DNA from: Methanothermobacter marburgensis str. Marburg
GTDB lineage: Archaea > Methanobacteriota > Methanobacteria > Methanobacteriales > Methanothermobacteraceae
Reading direction: 5' to 3'
Length of the DNA: 32,000 nucleotides
Assembly (NCBI RefSeq): GCF_000145295.1
Contig: NC_014408.1
Location: 1,572,794-1,604,793, forward strand
Shown piece by piece: positions 1-7,979 of this stretch (position 1 is the stretch's first letter; every line of letters begins with the position of its first letter). The notes under the pieces were generated by a model. That model did not search any database, was not told the DNA's origin, and saw only the letters and a list, made by a program, of their open reading frames with translations. The translations under genes and the position numbers were made by a program.

Positions 1-132
1 ATGAGGTGGTTGAGAGGGGCTTCCCGTCACAGGGGAGGTACCTTGCAACGACCATAGTGAGGTTCAGGGGCAGCATCTAATCGTGAAAGCCCTGGTGGGG
101 TTCCTGGGTATCCTGACCATGAACCGGAACCC

Positions 133-882
133 TCATGGGTTTATGAGGAACGAGCACCTCTCATCCCCCCTTGCATAGCATTCTGTCTCCTGTATTTCAA
201 CATCAGAATTGAAGTATCTGCCAAAAACGGCCTCAAGTATCCCTAAGTCCAGGGCACAGGCGGATTCCCCGATGTCAGGAAGCAGTCCGCATTCAAAGCA
301 GTCGTAGGCCCTGATTATAAGTGGATCAGTGCTTTCCACCTTGAGTGTCCCCAGCCGGTTTATTCTCCAGAATCTTCTGAGGTTTTCAAGGAGATCCTCG
401 AGGTTCCCTGCCCCTAAACTGGGGTATATGACCTCCCCTATCTTCAATCCCGCCTCGTGGAGAATGGGGTCGATGTTTATACCCTCCTTTATGAGTTCAA
501 CCCTGAGTACATGGAACATCAGCCTGAAGAACTCAAATGGGTCCCCCACTGAGGTCAGGTGTTTTGCAAGAAACTCTGTTTTTTCCTCATCCAGTTCTCC
601 GCGCTTTTTTCTTCTGAGTTTACCCAGGTACCTTGAGTTTATTGAGAAGACCTTTATTCTCCTGTCTGCAGGGTCCGGCCTTTCAACGATGAGTCCGGCC
701 ATTCTGAGATCAGATAGGTGCTTTGATACCGTGGACTTGGATTTCCCGGTTATTCTGACTATATCCTGAAATCTGAGTTCCCTCTTTATGAGTTCTGATA
801 GTATAAGTGATTTAACGGGACTCTCGATTACCTCTATTCCCCTATCCGTTGCGAATATTGTGAACTGCTGTCTTTCCCTCAT
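133..882 (-). CDS. msvR: Redox-sensing transcription regulator MsvR (ArsR-like winged HTH plus C-terminal Cys-rich V4R-like domain)
   Basis: 249-aa ORF. N-terminal HTH segment is LSELIKRELRFQDIVRITGKSKSTVSKHLSDLRMAGLI. The C-terminal part carries CFECG...CALDLG...ECYARGDERCSF. It is divergently arranged from an fpaA operon, as published for M. thermautotrophicus MsvR (from memory). Confidence 0.85.
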   Translation of the reverse strand: MRERQQFTIFATDRGIEVIESPVKSLILSELIKRELRFQDIVRITGKSKSTVSKHLSDLRMAGLIVERPDPADRRIKVFSINSRYLGKLRRKKRGELDEEKTEFLAKHLTSVGDPFEFFRLMFHVLRVELIKEGINIDPILHEAGLKIGEVIYPSLGAGNLEDLLENLRRFWRINRLGTLKVESTDPLIIRAYDCFECGLLPDIGESACALDLGILEAVFGRYFNSDVEIQETECYARGDERCSFLINP

Positions 883-1005
883 TGAGCAGAGTTATGTTTC
901 ACCACCCATAAAATTGTTTCACTACCATAGAACAGAAAAAATTATATATTAGTTCGTAGGTTATAGTACATTCGATGACATACGAACTAAATATCCGGTG
1001 ATAAG
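883..1005. promoter_or_regulatory. Divergent msvR/fpaA control region with a shared TATA-like element and a TTCG-N8-CGAA inverted repeat
   Basis: ATTATATATT lies at 941-950. TTCGATGACATACGAA (TTCG-N8-CGAA) lies at 971-986, and a further TTCGTA half-site at 953-958 forms TTCGTA-N22-TACGAA with 981-986. GGTGAT (SD-like) at 997-1002 precedes the ATG at 1006. Direct repeat TGTTTCAC[CT]ACC occurs at 895 and 915. Confidence 0.7.
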
Positions 1006-2220
1006 ATGAAGGCCGCAGCAAAAAGAATATCCGATGGAGTATACTGGACTGGAGTCCTGGACTGGGATCTTAGAAACTACCATGGATACACCCTGCAGGG
1101 CACCACATACAACGCCTACCTTGTCTGTGGAGATGAGGGGGTTGCACTGATAGACAACTCCTACCCCGGCACCTTTGATGAGCTCATGGCAAGGGTTGAG
1201 GACGCCCTGCAACAGGTGGGAATGGAGAGGGTTGACTACATAATCCAGAACCACGTTGAAAAGGACCACAGCGGTGTCCTGGTGGAACTCCACAGGAGGT
1301 TCCCTGAAGCTCCCATCTACTGCACAGAGGTGGCTGTTAAGGGGCTCCTGAAACACTACCCCTCCCTCAGGGAAGCAGAGTTCATGACCGTGAAAACAGG
1401 GGATGTGCTTGATCTTGGCGGGAAGACACTGACATTCCTGGAGACCCCGCTGCTCCACTGGCCAGACAGCATGTTCACCCTACTTGATGAGGATGGGATA
1501 CTCTTCTCAAACGACGCCTTTGGACAGCACCTCTGCTGCCCCCAGCGCCTTGACAGGGAGATACCAGAATACATCCTCATGGATGCTGCCAGGAAGTTCT
1601 ATGCAAACCTCATAACCCCACTCTCAAAGCTGGTACTCAAAAAATTCGACGAAGTTAAGGAGCTTGGGCTCCTCGAAAGGATCCAGATGATCGCCCCATC
1701 CCATGGGCAGATCTGGACAGACCCCATGAAGATCATAGAGGCCTACACAGGCTGGGCCACAGGCATGGTGGATGAGAGGGTCACGGTGATCTACGACACC
1801 ATGCACGGTTCAACCAGGAAGATGGCCCATGCCATAGCAGAGGGAGCTATGAGTGAGGGGGTCGATGTTAGGGTCTACTGCCTCCATGAGGATGACCGGA
1901 GCGAGATCGTGAAGGACATACTTGAAAGCGGCGCCATAGCACTTGGAGCCCCCACCATATACGACGAGCCCTACCCAAGCGTCGGAGACCTCCTCATGTA
2001 CCTCAGGGGCCTCAAATTCAACAGAACCCTCACCAGGAAGGCCCTTGTATTCGGGTCAATGGGTGGAAATGGTGGTGCCACAGGCACCATGAAGGAGCTC
2101 CTTGCAGAGGCGGGATTCGATGTTGCCTGCGAGGAGGAAGTGTACTACGTGCCCACAGGTGATGAACTCGACGCCTGCTTTGAGGCCGGTAGAAAACTTG
2201 CAGCTGAAATCCGGAGGTGA
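1006..2220 (+). CDS. fpaA: F420H2 oxidase, flavodiiron protein A (metallo-beta-lactamase-like diiron domain plus flavodoxin-like domain)
   Basis: 404-aa ORF with the diiron ligand motif NHVEKDHSG (H-x-E-x-D-H) and a C-terminal flavodoxin-like part ([16 protein letters not shown]). An SD-like sequence lies upstream. It is the first gene of the operon divergent from msvR. Confidence 0.9.
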   Translation: MKAAAKRISDGVYWTGVLDWDLRNYHGYTLQGTTYNAYLVCGDEGVALIDNSYPGTFDELMARVEDALQQVGMERVDYIIQNHVEKDHSGVLVELHRRFPEAPIYCTEVAVKGLLKHYPSLREAEFMTVKTGDVLDLGGKTLTFLETPLLHWPDSMFTLLDEDGILFSNDAFGQHLCCPQRLDREIPEYILMDAARKFYANLITPLSKLVLKKFDEVKELGLLERIQMIAPSHGQIWTDPMKIIEAYTGWATGMVDERVTVIYDTMHGSTRKMAHAIAEGAMSEGVDVRVYCLHEDDRSEIVKDILESGAIALGAPTIYDEPYPSVGDLLMYLRGLKFNRTLTRKALVFGSMGGNGGATGTMKELLAEAGFDVACEEEVYYVPTGDELDACFEAGRKLAAEIRR

Positions 2221-2225
2221 GTGAC

Positions 2226-2639
2226 ATGAACGAAAACAGGACAGGCATATGCAGGGATACTGAGATCGAGAAGGTGGTTGATGCCAACTTCAGGGGAGAA
2301 TGCAGCGAGGTTGGCATGTACCTTGCAATGGCGAGGCAGGCCCAGAGGGAGGGCCTACCTGAGGTGGCAGAGGCCCTCAGAACCATAGCCCTTGAGGAGG
2401 CTGAGCATGCCGCCAGGTTTGCAGAGCTCAATGGCGTGATCAGAGACAACCTCAAGGAGAACATCGAGATGATGCTTGAGGGTGAAGAGGCTGCCAGCAG
2501 GGAAAAGGGTGAAGCGGCCCTCAGGGCCACAGAGTGTGGTGTTGATGAGGCCCGTGACTTCTTCCATGAGAGCTCAAGGGATGAGGGAAGGCATGCCCGT
2601 ATGCTCAGGGGCATTCTTGAGAGGTACTTCAAGGGATAG
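2226..2639 (+). CDS. rlp: Rubrerythrin-like ferritin-fold diiron protein with no rubredoxin domain
   Basis: Two E-x-x-H motifs are present (EEAEHAARF and DEGRHARML). I prefer the ATG at 2226 because GGAGGTGA at 2213-2220 sits 5 nt upstream. The ORF-track GTG at 2217 overlaps the fpaA stop. Confidence 0.8.
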   Translation: MNENRTGICRDTEIEKVVDANFRGECSEVGMYLAMARQAQREGLPEVAEALRTIALEEAEHAARFAELNGVIRDNLKENIEMMLEGEEAASREKGEAALRATECGVDEARDFFHESSRDEGRHARMLRGILERYFKG

Positions 2640-2641
2640 AG

Positions 2642-3175
2642 ATGTACGTCTGCAGGATATGCCAGTACCAGGTCCCTGACAGGGATTTCAGCGAACTTGG
2701 GGATGGCTGGGTCTGCCCCCAGTGTGGTGTGGGAAGAGACGAGTTTGAACACTCAGCCGATTCATCATCCCCTGAGCAGCCATTCATGCTCATGTTCAGG
2801 GCCATCACAGAGAGCCTCTGGAAGGTCCTCGGCAATGGTTCCCAGGGAGTCACAAGGGAGATGGGCTTCGTCCTGGCAGAGATCATTGACCCTGAGGATC
2901 CTGTAAAATCAACAGCAGAATACTTCCTCAGCCATGGATTCGCGGCATCCATCGAGTGCTCTGAAGGAGAGAAGCATGTGATGGATGTGAAAAACTGCAG
3001 GTTCTATGGTTTCTGCCGCTCCCTTGAGGACGATGGGGTCACAGTATCCACCTGCCCCTATGCAAACACCGCTGCAGCGGCCCTTGAGACCTCCACAGGA
3101 TACAGGTACAGGATAAGGAGGCTTCCAGGGGAATACGGTCACATCATCGAACTTTCAGGGGTATCAAAAAAATAG
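2642..3175 (+). CDS. Rubredoxin-like zinc/iron knuckle fused to a V4R-like Cys-containing domain
   Basis: The N-terminus is CRIC...LGDGWVCPQCGVGRDEFEH (rubredoxin signature W-x-CP-x-CG). The C-terminal 130 aa align by eye with the MsvR C-terminal domain (NCRFYGFCRSL...STCPYANTAAAALE versus YDCFECGLLPD...SACALDLGILEAVF). Confidence 0.75.
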   Translation: MYVCRICQYQVPDRDFSELGDGWVCPQCGVGRDEFEHSADSSSPEQPFMLMFRAITESLWKVLGNGSQGVTREMGFVLAEIIDPEDPVKSTAEYFLSHGFAASIECSEGEKHVMDVKNCRFYGFCRSLEDDGVTVSTCPYANTAAAALETSTGYRYRIRRLPGEYGHIIELSGVSKK

Positions 3176-3207
3176 GGGCTACCAGATTCAAACCCTCCAT
3201 CCTCTTA

Positions 3208-3226
3208 ATTGAATTTTTTCTTATCC
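3208..3226 (+). terminator. Oligo-T tract, candidate archaeal terminator of the fpaA operon
   Basis: A T6 run at 3214-3219 lies about 40 nt after the stop at 3175, in an AT-rich convergent intergenic region. Confidence 0.35.
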
Positions 3227-3278
3227 TTGCCAGATAAAACAGAATTTTTATGAATTTGAATAAAATCAGGGCCCTGCA

Positions 3279-4064
3279 CTATTTTTTATTATAATAAAGG
3301 TTGGCGTAGGGTGGTTCGTCTGCAATTTCTCCAACTATCCTCTCTGCAAGTTCAAGTGATCTCTCACTGCCCTCAACCAGCATATAAAATGCCCCCTCGG
3401 CACCGCAGACTCCTCCAGCTGCAACCGGCTCTGCAGATGCGCCTGTTAGAAGTTCCAGGGCATCAACCTCGGTGAATACCCTGCCGGGTATGGGAAGCAT
3501 GCCTGGCCCATCGGCAGCTGCTGAGTTGAGTTTGAGTGCAGTAGCATCAAGGTCCCCGGGTATTATCTTCTCAAGGCCCACGGGTACTATAAGACCTGTT
3601 TTTCTCCCCACCGCGGCCTGCAGTGCAGCAAGCACCGTGCCCCCCATGGGGTGACCTATGTAGACAGCGGCCCTTCCTGATCGATAGTCGAGGGCGTTGG
3701 CACCCTTGAGTACGAGGTCCCCCCTTCCAAGTTCGTCTGCAACATCAAATATTTCAAGACCACGCTCCCATCTGCCGTCTCTGATCACGACGTCACCTGG
3801 AAAATCTGTGCCCATGCGACCCATATCATCCCTTCTGATATTTGCGGGGACCGTTATACCCCTGTGAAAGCCCCTTCGATCAAATCCATCCTCACCGATT
3901 CCGGCCAGGATCTCCTCTGCTATGTAGCCATTGGTTGTCCCTGCAATTATAACAAGGGTTCCATCCTCAAGAACCCTCTCCACCTCTGGGTGCCGAAGCA
4001 TTCCCCTGGCAATCAGGCGTTTACCCGCCGCAGGGGTTATGAGAAACTGCTTCATTTCAATCAT
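3279..4064 (-). CDS. Conserved hypothetical soluble protein, family not recognised
   Basis: 261-aa ORF with codon usage typical of the window. Its start (ATG at 4064, or at 4055) overlaps or abuts the stop (4057-4059) of the upstream Nox-family gene, implying co-translation. Confidence 0.75.
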   Translation of the reverse strand: MIEMKQFLITPAAGKRLIARGMLRHPEVERVLEDGTLVIIAGTTNGYIAEEILAGIGEDGFDRRGFHRGITVPANIRRDDMGRMGTDFPGDVVIRDGRWERGLEIFDVADELGRGDLVLKGANALDYRSGRAAVYIGHPMGGTVLAALQAAVGRKTGLIVPVGLEKIIPGDLDATALKLNSAAADGPGMLPIPGRVFTEVDALELLTGASAEPVAAGGVCGAEGAFYMLVEGSERSLELAERIVGEIADEPPYANLYYNKK

Positions 4065-5409
4065 CCTGCTTGCTGTTCACCCTTTTGAGTTTTTCACATG
4101 CAGCCTCCGCTGCAAGGATTATGGGGTCGATGACCATTGAAACAGGGGGCGCATACGAAAACTCTGTCCAGGCAAGATCTGAACATGTGAGTCCCTGTGA
4201 TATGGCAAGTGACATGGTGTCAACCCTTTCAGCCACCCTCTCCTTTGCAACCATCTGGCACCCGATTATCCTTCCCTTAAGGTCACATATCATCTTCACA
4301 TCAATCCTCTCGGCGCCGGGATAGTATCTGGCCTTTGTAAGGGCCCTCTTCTTTCCTGAGACCACCTTTATCCCGCTCTGGAGTGCCATGACCTCTGTGA
4401 GCCCAACAGCACCGAACTCGAGTTCACCTATCTTTGATACCATGGCGTTGAGAACCGGCCTGAAGGTTGCATCAAGACCCACTATGTTCCTTGCAGCCAC
4501 CCGGGCCTGTCTCACAGCAGTTGAACCCAGTGGTGACTGGGTCCTGAAGCCTGTCACGGCATCGTAGACCTCAACGCAGTCCCCGACGGCATAAATGTCA
4601 GGTACGCTTGTCTGCATCCTCTCATTGACCCTTACCGCCCACTGTCCCAGTTCGCATCCCGCCATCCGCGCAAGTTTTGTCTCTGGCCTCACCCCTGTTG
4701 CGAGGACCACAAGGTCTGCCTCAATGCACTCATCTCCCACAGCAACCGCCTCGACCCTTTCGTCTCCGGTTATCCTCTCAAGTGCCTTTCCAAGGACAAC
4801 CCTTATCCCCTTCTCCTCAAGGTACTCCTGTACTATGGCTGCCATGTCAGGGTCCAGGGAACGGGGGACGATCTGTGGCAGCATCTCTGTCACGGTGACT
4901 TCAAGTCCCATTTTCAGAAGCCCATATGCTATCTCAAGACCTATGAGCCCTGCGCCCACCACTACGGCTTTTTTACTTTTGGAGGCCCATTCACTTATCC
5001 TCTCACCGTCTGTGAGCGTCCTTATGGTGAACACCCCCTCAAGGTCAACCCCCTCAACCGGTGGTATGAATGGGGAGCCCCCGGTTGCAAGGACAAGGAC
5101 GTCGTAGGGTATTTCATGGCGTTTACCATCCTTCACATAGGTCACGGTTTTTTTATGGGAGTCAACCTCTTCTACCTCGGTTTCTGTGAGGATATCTATG
5201 TTGCGTTCCCTGTAGTCCTCTGGCTGGTGCATCACTATATCATCAAAGCACTCAACCTCCCCGCACATAACGTAGGGTATGGCGCAGGGTGAATATGCCA
5301 CGTGCTTATCACGGGTTATAACAGTTATCTCTGCATCCTTATCATATTTTCTTATGTTTGAGGCCGTTGAAAGTCCTCCGGCCCCTCCACCAACTATAAC
5401 AACTCTCAT
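4057..5409 (-). CDS. Pyridine nucleotide-disulfide oxidoreductase of the NADH oxidase/peroxidase or CoA-disulfide reductase family
   Basis: FAD-binding motif VVIVGGGAGGLSTA, single redox-active Cys motif YSPCAIPY, second dinucleotide motif VVVGAGLIGLEIA, and YAVGDC. The SD-like GAGGGAGAAAGGG lies upstream. Confidence 0.85.
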   Translation of the reverse strand: MRVVIVGGGAGGLSTASNIRKYDKDAEITVITRDKHVAYSPCAIPYVMCGEVECFDDIVMHQPEDYRERNIDILTETEVEEVDSHKKTVTYVKDGKRHEIPYDVLVLATGGSPFIPPVEGVDLEGVFTIRTLTDGERISEWASKSKKAVVVGAGLIGLEIAYGLLKMGLEVTVTEMLPQIVPRSLDPDMAAIVQEYLEEKGIRVVLGKALERITGDERVEAVAVGDECIEADLVVLATGVRPETKLARMAGCELGQWAVRVNERMQTSVPDIYAVGDCVEVYDAVTGFRTQSPLGSTAVRQARVAARNIVGLDATFRPVLNAMVSKIGELEFGAVGLTEVMALQSGIKVVSGKKRALTKARYYPGAERIDVKMICDLKGRIIGCQMVAKERVAERVDTMSLAISQGLTCSDLAWTEFSYAPPVSMVIDPIILAAEAACEKLKRVNSKQDD

Positions 5410-5548
5410 TTATCCCTTTCTCCCTCAGAGTTATCACTTATGGTTTTATTTTTTATCTCATAAATAACTCGATATATTTATAAATTTGGATGTATGAATA
5501 GATTTCAGTGCACGGGTTTATGTGCCAGAAACTGTAAAGAGGATCACC
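5410..5548. promoter_or_regulatory. Divergent AT-rich promoter region for the Nox-family gene and the arsC-like gene
   Basis: The ATATATTTATAAATTT core at 5472-5487 can serve as a TATA element on either strand. SD-like AGAGGA lies upstream of the ATG at 5549. Confidence 0.4.
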
Positions 5549-5941
5549 ATGAAGAAGAGGGTTCTTTTCATATGCAGAAACAACTCAGGAAGGTCCCAGA
5601 TGGCTGAGGGTATTCTCAGAAACATGTACGGGGAACACTACCATGTCCAGAGTGCCGGAAGCCAGCCAAGGGAAATCAACCCCCTGACAGTGAAGGTGAT
5701 GGAGGAGATTGGAATCGATATGAGCTCCCATAAGCCCACCGACCTCAGGGAACTCGAGGGTGAGGAGTTTGATGTGGTTGTGAGTCTCTGTGATGAGACA
5801 TGCCCTGTATTCCCTGGTGGTAAGAGGTACATCCATGCTGAGTTCCCGGACCCTGCAGGTGGGGATATAGCCAGATTCAGAAGGATACGCGACGAGATCG
5901 CAGAGTGGATAAGGACTGAATTCAAGCCGGGGGATGATTGA
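5549..5941 (+). CDS. arsC: Arsenate reductase / low-molecular-weight phosphotyrosine phosphatase family protein (three-Cys, thioredoxin-coupled type)
   Basis: P-loop CRNNSGRS (C-X5-R-S), followed by SLCDETCPVFPG...FPDPAG, which resembles the Cys82/Cys89 region of plasmid pI258 ArsC. I prefer the ATG at 5549 over the ORF-track GTG at 5522 because of the upstream SD-like sequence. Confidence 0.7.
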   Translation: MKKRVLFICRNNSGRSQMAEGILRNMYGEHYHVQSAGSQPREINPLTVKVMEEIGIDMSSHKPTDLRELEGEEFDVVVSLCDETCPVFPGGKRYIHAEFPDPAGGDIARFRRIRDEIAEWIRTEFKPGDD

Positions 5942-6589
5942 ATGGTCAGGGTTGCAATAGTGACAGACGGCCCCTACGGTGAAAGGACCCACGAGAACAT
6001 AGGTGAGGAGTTTGAAACAGATTTCATTGAACTTGAGGCCCCCTCAGGCATATTCGCAGATGAAGTTGAAATACCAGAGGAAAAGATTGAGCAGATAGTA
6101 TCAGCGGATATCGTTATAACCTACATACTCCATCCTGACCTCACACTTGAACTTGTGGACCGCATCCACAATCAGGTTGACTGGATAATAGTGGGTGCCT
6201 GGAGGGGTGAGGGCTTCAGAAATCAGCTGCTGGGCTACGGGAATGTCACAGCACCAGAGAACATGTGCGACCTTGAGGAGAACGGGAATCCCTCCTTTGA
6301 TGAATTCGTATCGAAATTTGGAAAGCCAGTGGTTGAGGTTGATGTTGAAGACGACAGGGTAAAAGATATAAGGGTCCTCAGGTGTTCACCCTGCGGTGCA
6401 ACACGGTTTGTTGCAGAGGAACTTGTCGGAACTGAGGTGAAGGATCTGCCTGTACGTGCAGGTCTTAAGATACAGCATTACCCCTGCAGAGCCGCCAAGA
6501 TGAGGTTATTTGCAGATGATGAGTGCAAGAAGGAGCTGGCTGCCAGGATCCACTGTGAGGCCTTTGAGAGGGCACTTGAAAATCAGTGA
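5942..6589 (+). CDS. Cys-containing conserved archaeal protein, possibly DUF166/COG1810 (family recalled from memory, unverified)
   Basis: 215-aa ORF. Its ATG directly abuts the arsC-like TGA (5939-5941). It contains CSPCGAT and HYPC motifs. Confidence 0.7.
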   Translation: MVRVAIVTDGPYGERTHENIGEEFETDFIELEAPSGIFADEVEIPEEKIEQIVSADIVITYILHPDLTLELVDRIHNQVDWIIVGAWRGEGFRNQLLGYGNVTAPENMCDLEENGNPSFDEFVSKFGKPVVEVDVEDDRVKDIRVLRCSPCGATRFVAEELVGTEVKDLPVRAGLKIQHYPCRAAKMRLFADDECKKELAARIHCEAFERALENQ

Positions 6590-6646
6590 AAACTATCATT
6601 ATTATTCATAATAAATTATTTATTTTATGGATGCGAAGATAGATCC
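6590..6646 (+). promoter_or_regulatory. AT-rich candidate promoter in front of the DsrE-like gene
   Basis: ATAATAAATTATTTATTTTA lies at about 6608-6627, only 20-35 nt from the ATG at 6647, and no clear SD is present. This suggests a very short leader or a leaderless transcript. Read-through from the upstream genes is also possible. Confidence 0.3.
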
Positions 6647-7012
6647 ATGGAGAAAAAACTGCTCACAATAGTCCTCCTTGAGGGTCCCTACCGCCATCAG
6701 TATGCGGATATAGCATCAGAACTGGCAGAAAGCGCCATGAAAAATGGCTACGATGTTAACATATTCCTTTACATGGATGGAACACATGTACCGAAAAGGG
6801 ACCAGGCCCCCCAGTCATTCCCCAATGTGGCGGAAAAATTCAGGGCCCTTGTAAGGTCCGGTGTTAATGTGATATCCTGCATAAGGTGCTCCACAGCACG
6901 GGGCTACACCTGTTCAGAGAAGCCCTACATAAAGGGCGTGGAGATAAAAAGTGTTTATGAACTGGCAGAATGGATAAAGAAAAGTCACCGTGTGATAAGT
7001 CTGGGTTGTTAA
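6647..7012 (+). CDS. DsrE/TusD-like sulfur-relay subunit that retains the active-site-position Cys
   Basis: 121 aa with the N-terminal LTIVLLEGPY pattern. The segment VISCIRCSTARGY aligns by eye with E. coli TusD LNICVAAALRRG, which contains Cys78. Confidence 0.75.
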   Translation: MEKKLLTIVLLEGPYRHQYADIASELAESAMKNGYDVNIFLYMDGTHVPKRDQAPQSFPNVAEKFRALVRSGVNVISCIRCSTARGYTCSEKPYIKGVEIKSVYELAEWIKKSHRVISLGC

Positions 7013-7013
7013 A

Positions 7014-7370
7014 ATGAAATCCTCACTCATAATAATAGACAGGGCCCCCTATGGATCTGAAGATGCGTTCAGTGGTTTCTATGTTGTCATAGCATGTCTG
7101 AACAGTGGCCTTGACTCTGATGTTCTCCTAATGGAGGACGGTGTCTACGCTGCAGTTGCAGATCAGAAATCAGAGAGCATAGGGTACCCGAATGTGGAGG
7201 AGCTCACATACCTCATATTTCCAGAGGGTAGCATACTGGTACATGAGGGGTCCCTCAGGGAGAGGGGGCTTGTGGAGGAGGATCTTGTTGAGGCTGCAGA
7301 GATAATAAACGATGAGGAGCTCCATGAGATAATCTCTGCAAAGGGTGAAACCGCAGTTATCAGGATATGA
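7014..7370 (+). CDS. DsrF/TusC-like sulfur-relay subunit
   Basis: 118 aa. SLRERGL is identical to the corresponding E. coli TusC segment (CAASLRERGL), but with no Cys at that position. The gene starts 1 nt after the preceding stop. Confidence 0.75.
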   Translation: MKSSLIIIDRAPYGSEDAFSGFYVVIACLNSGLDSDVLLMEDGVYAAVADQKSESIGYPNVEELTYLIFPEGSILVHEGSLRERGLVEEDLVEAAEIINDEELHEIISAKGETAVIRI

Positions 7371-7379
7371 GGTGCCGTT

Positions 7380-7979
7380 ATGGAAATGGATGAGGTTAAA
7401 AGGGAGCTCATCCCTGATGGGTCCCTTGTAAGGGAGGTTACCCTCAAACAGGTTAAGCCATGCATTGCAAGTGAGGGGAAAATAAGGGTCCTTATGGAGC
7501 TTGACTCTGAAATCGGAGACATCATACCCCTCCTGGCAAATATGTATCCGCCAGGTGCTGTGAATTATGTTAAGAAGAAAAACATTCTCACTCTCACCAT
7601 CTACGACAGGCTCATAAGCCTCTACCCCTCAGGGAAGGTCAGCATGAACAAAAACCATGACGTGGAGGAGGCCTTTGATATCATAAGGAGGATCATGGAA
7701 AGGATAAACCAGGCCTTCGAGGCCTACATGAGGGGTGTGCGTGGAAGGGACGTGGAAAGCATTGGACCCCTCGATATACAGAGGTGCCTCCCTGGTAGCA
7801 ACTGTGGAGAATGCGGTGAATCAACATGCATGGCCTTTGCAATGAAGCTCCTGAACGGTGAGCAGAAACTCGATAACTGCTACCCCCTCAAGGAGCCATG
7901 GATGCAGGAGAATGTCCAGTGCCTTGAGAAACTTCTTGGTGAGCAGCTCATGGAGACACTGGGGTGGAGCGGTTACTGA
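7380..7979 (+). CDS. Fe-S protein: unknown ~130-aa N-terminal domain plus a C-terminal CX2CX4CX16C 4Fe-4S domain (RnfB / corrinoid Fe-S protein type)
   Basis: The segment NCGECGESTCMAFAMKLLNGEQKLDNC fits C-X2-C-X4-C-X16-C exactly. SD GAGGTG at 7369-7374 lies 5 nt upstream of the ATG. Confidence 0.75.
   Translation: MEMDEVKRELIPDGSLVREVTLKQVKPCIASEGKIRVLMELDSEIGDIIPLLANMYPPGAVNYVKKKNILTLTIYDRLISLYPSGKVSMNKNHDVEEAFDIIRRIMERINQAFEAYMRGVRGRDVESIGPLDIQRCLPGSNCGECGESTCMAFAMKLLNGEQKLDNCYPLKEPWMQENVQCLEKLLGEQLMETLGWSGY

Noticed and set aside
1-132. GC-rich stretch at the window start. A plus-strand frame is open from position 3 to a TAA at 78-80 (…EVVERGFPSQGRYLATTIVRFRGSI-stop). A minus-strand ATG at 76 opens a frame running out of the window. 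There is also a small inverted repeat CCATGA/TCATGG at 117-138.
   Set aside because: About 25 codons are too few to decide between a plus-strand gene end, a minus-strand gene start or a structured RNA. The minus-strand ATG has no SD or TATA. I could not match the sequence to SRP RNA or RNase P RNA motifs by eye. It is left unannotated.
329-769. 146-aa plus-strand ORF antisense to msvR. Similar long antisense ORFs lie at 961-1458, 2030-2752, 4595-5107, 23962-24528, 27317-27907 and 30085-30837.
   Set aside because: All of them lie entirely inside strongly supported genes on the opposite strand. Their composition is Ser/Leu/Pro/Arg-rich and low in complexity, which is typical of shadow frames, and they lack SD sequences and recognisable motifs.
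5549-5941. Interpretation of the arsC-like gene as part of a canonical arsenic-resistance operon.
   Set aside because: No arsB/acr3, arsA, arsD or dedicated arsR is adjacent. The gene is instead translationally coupled to the Cys-protein and DsrEFH-like string, so an arsenate-specific role cannot be assumed.
5410-6646. Extension of the MsvR regulon to the Nox/arsC-like and DsrE-like promoters.
   Set aside because: By-eye scanning found no TTCG-N8-CGAA box in either intergenic region. The clustering of redox genes alone does not justify the claim.
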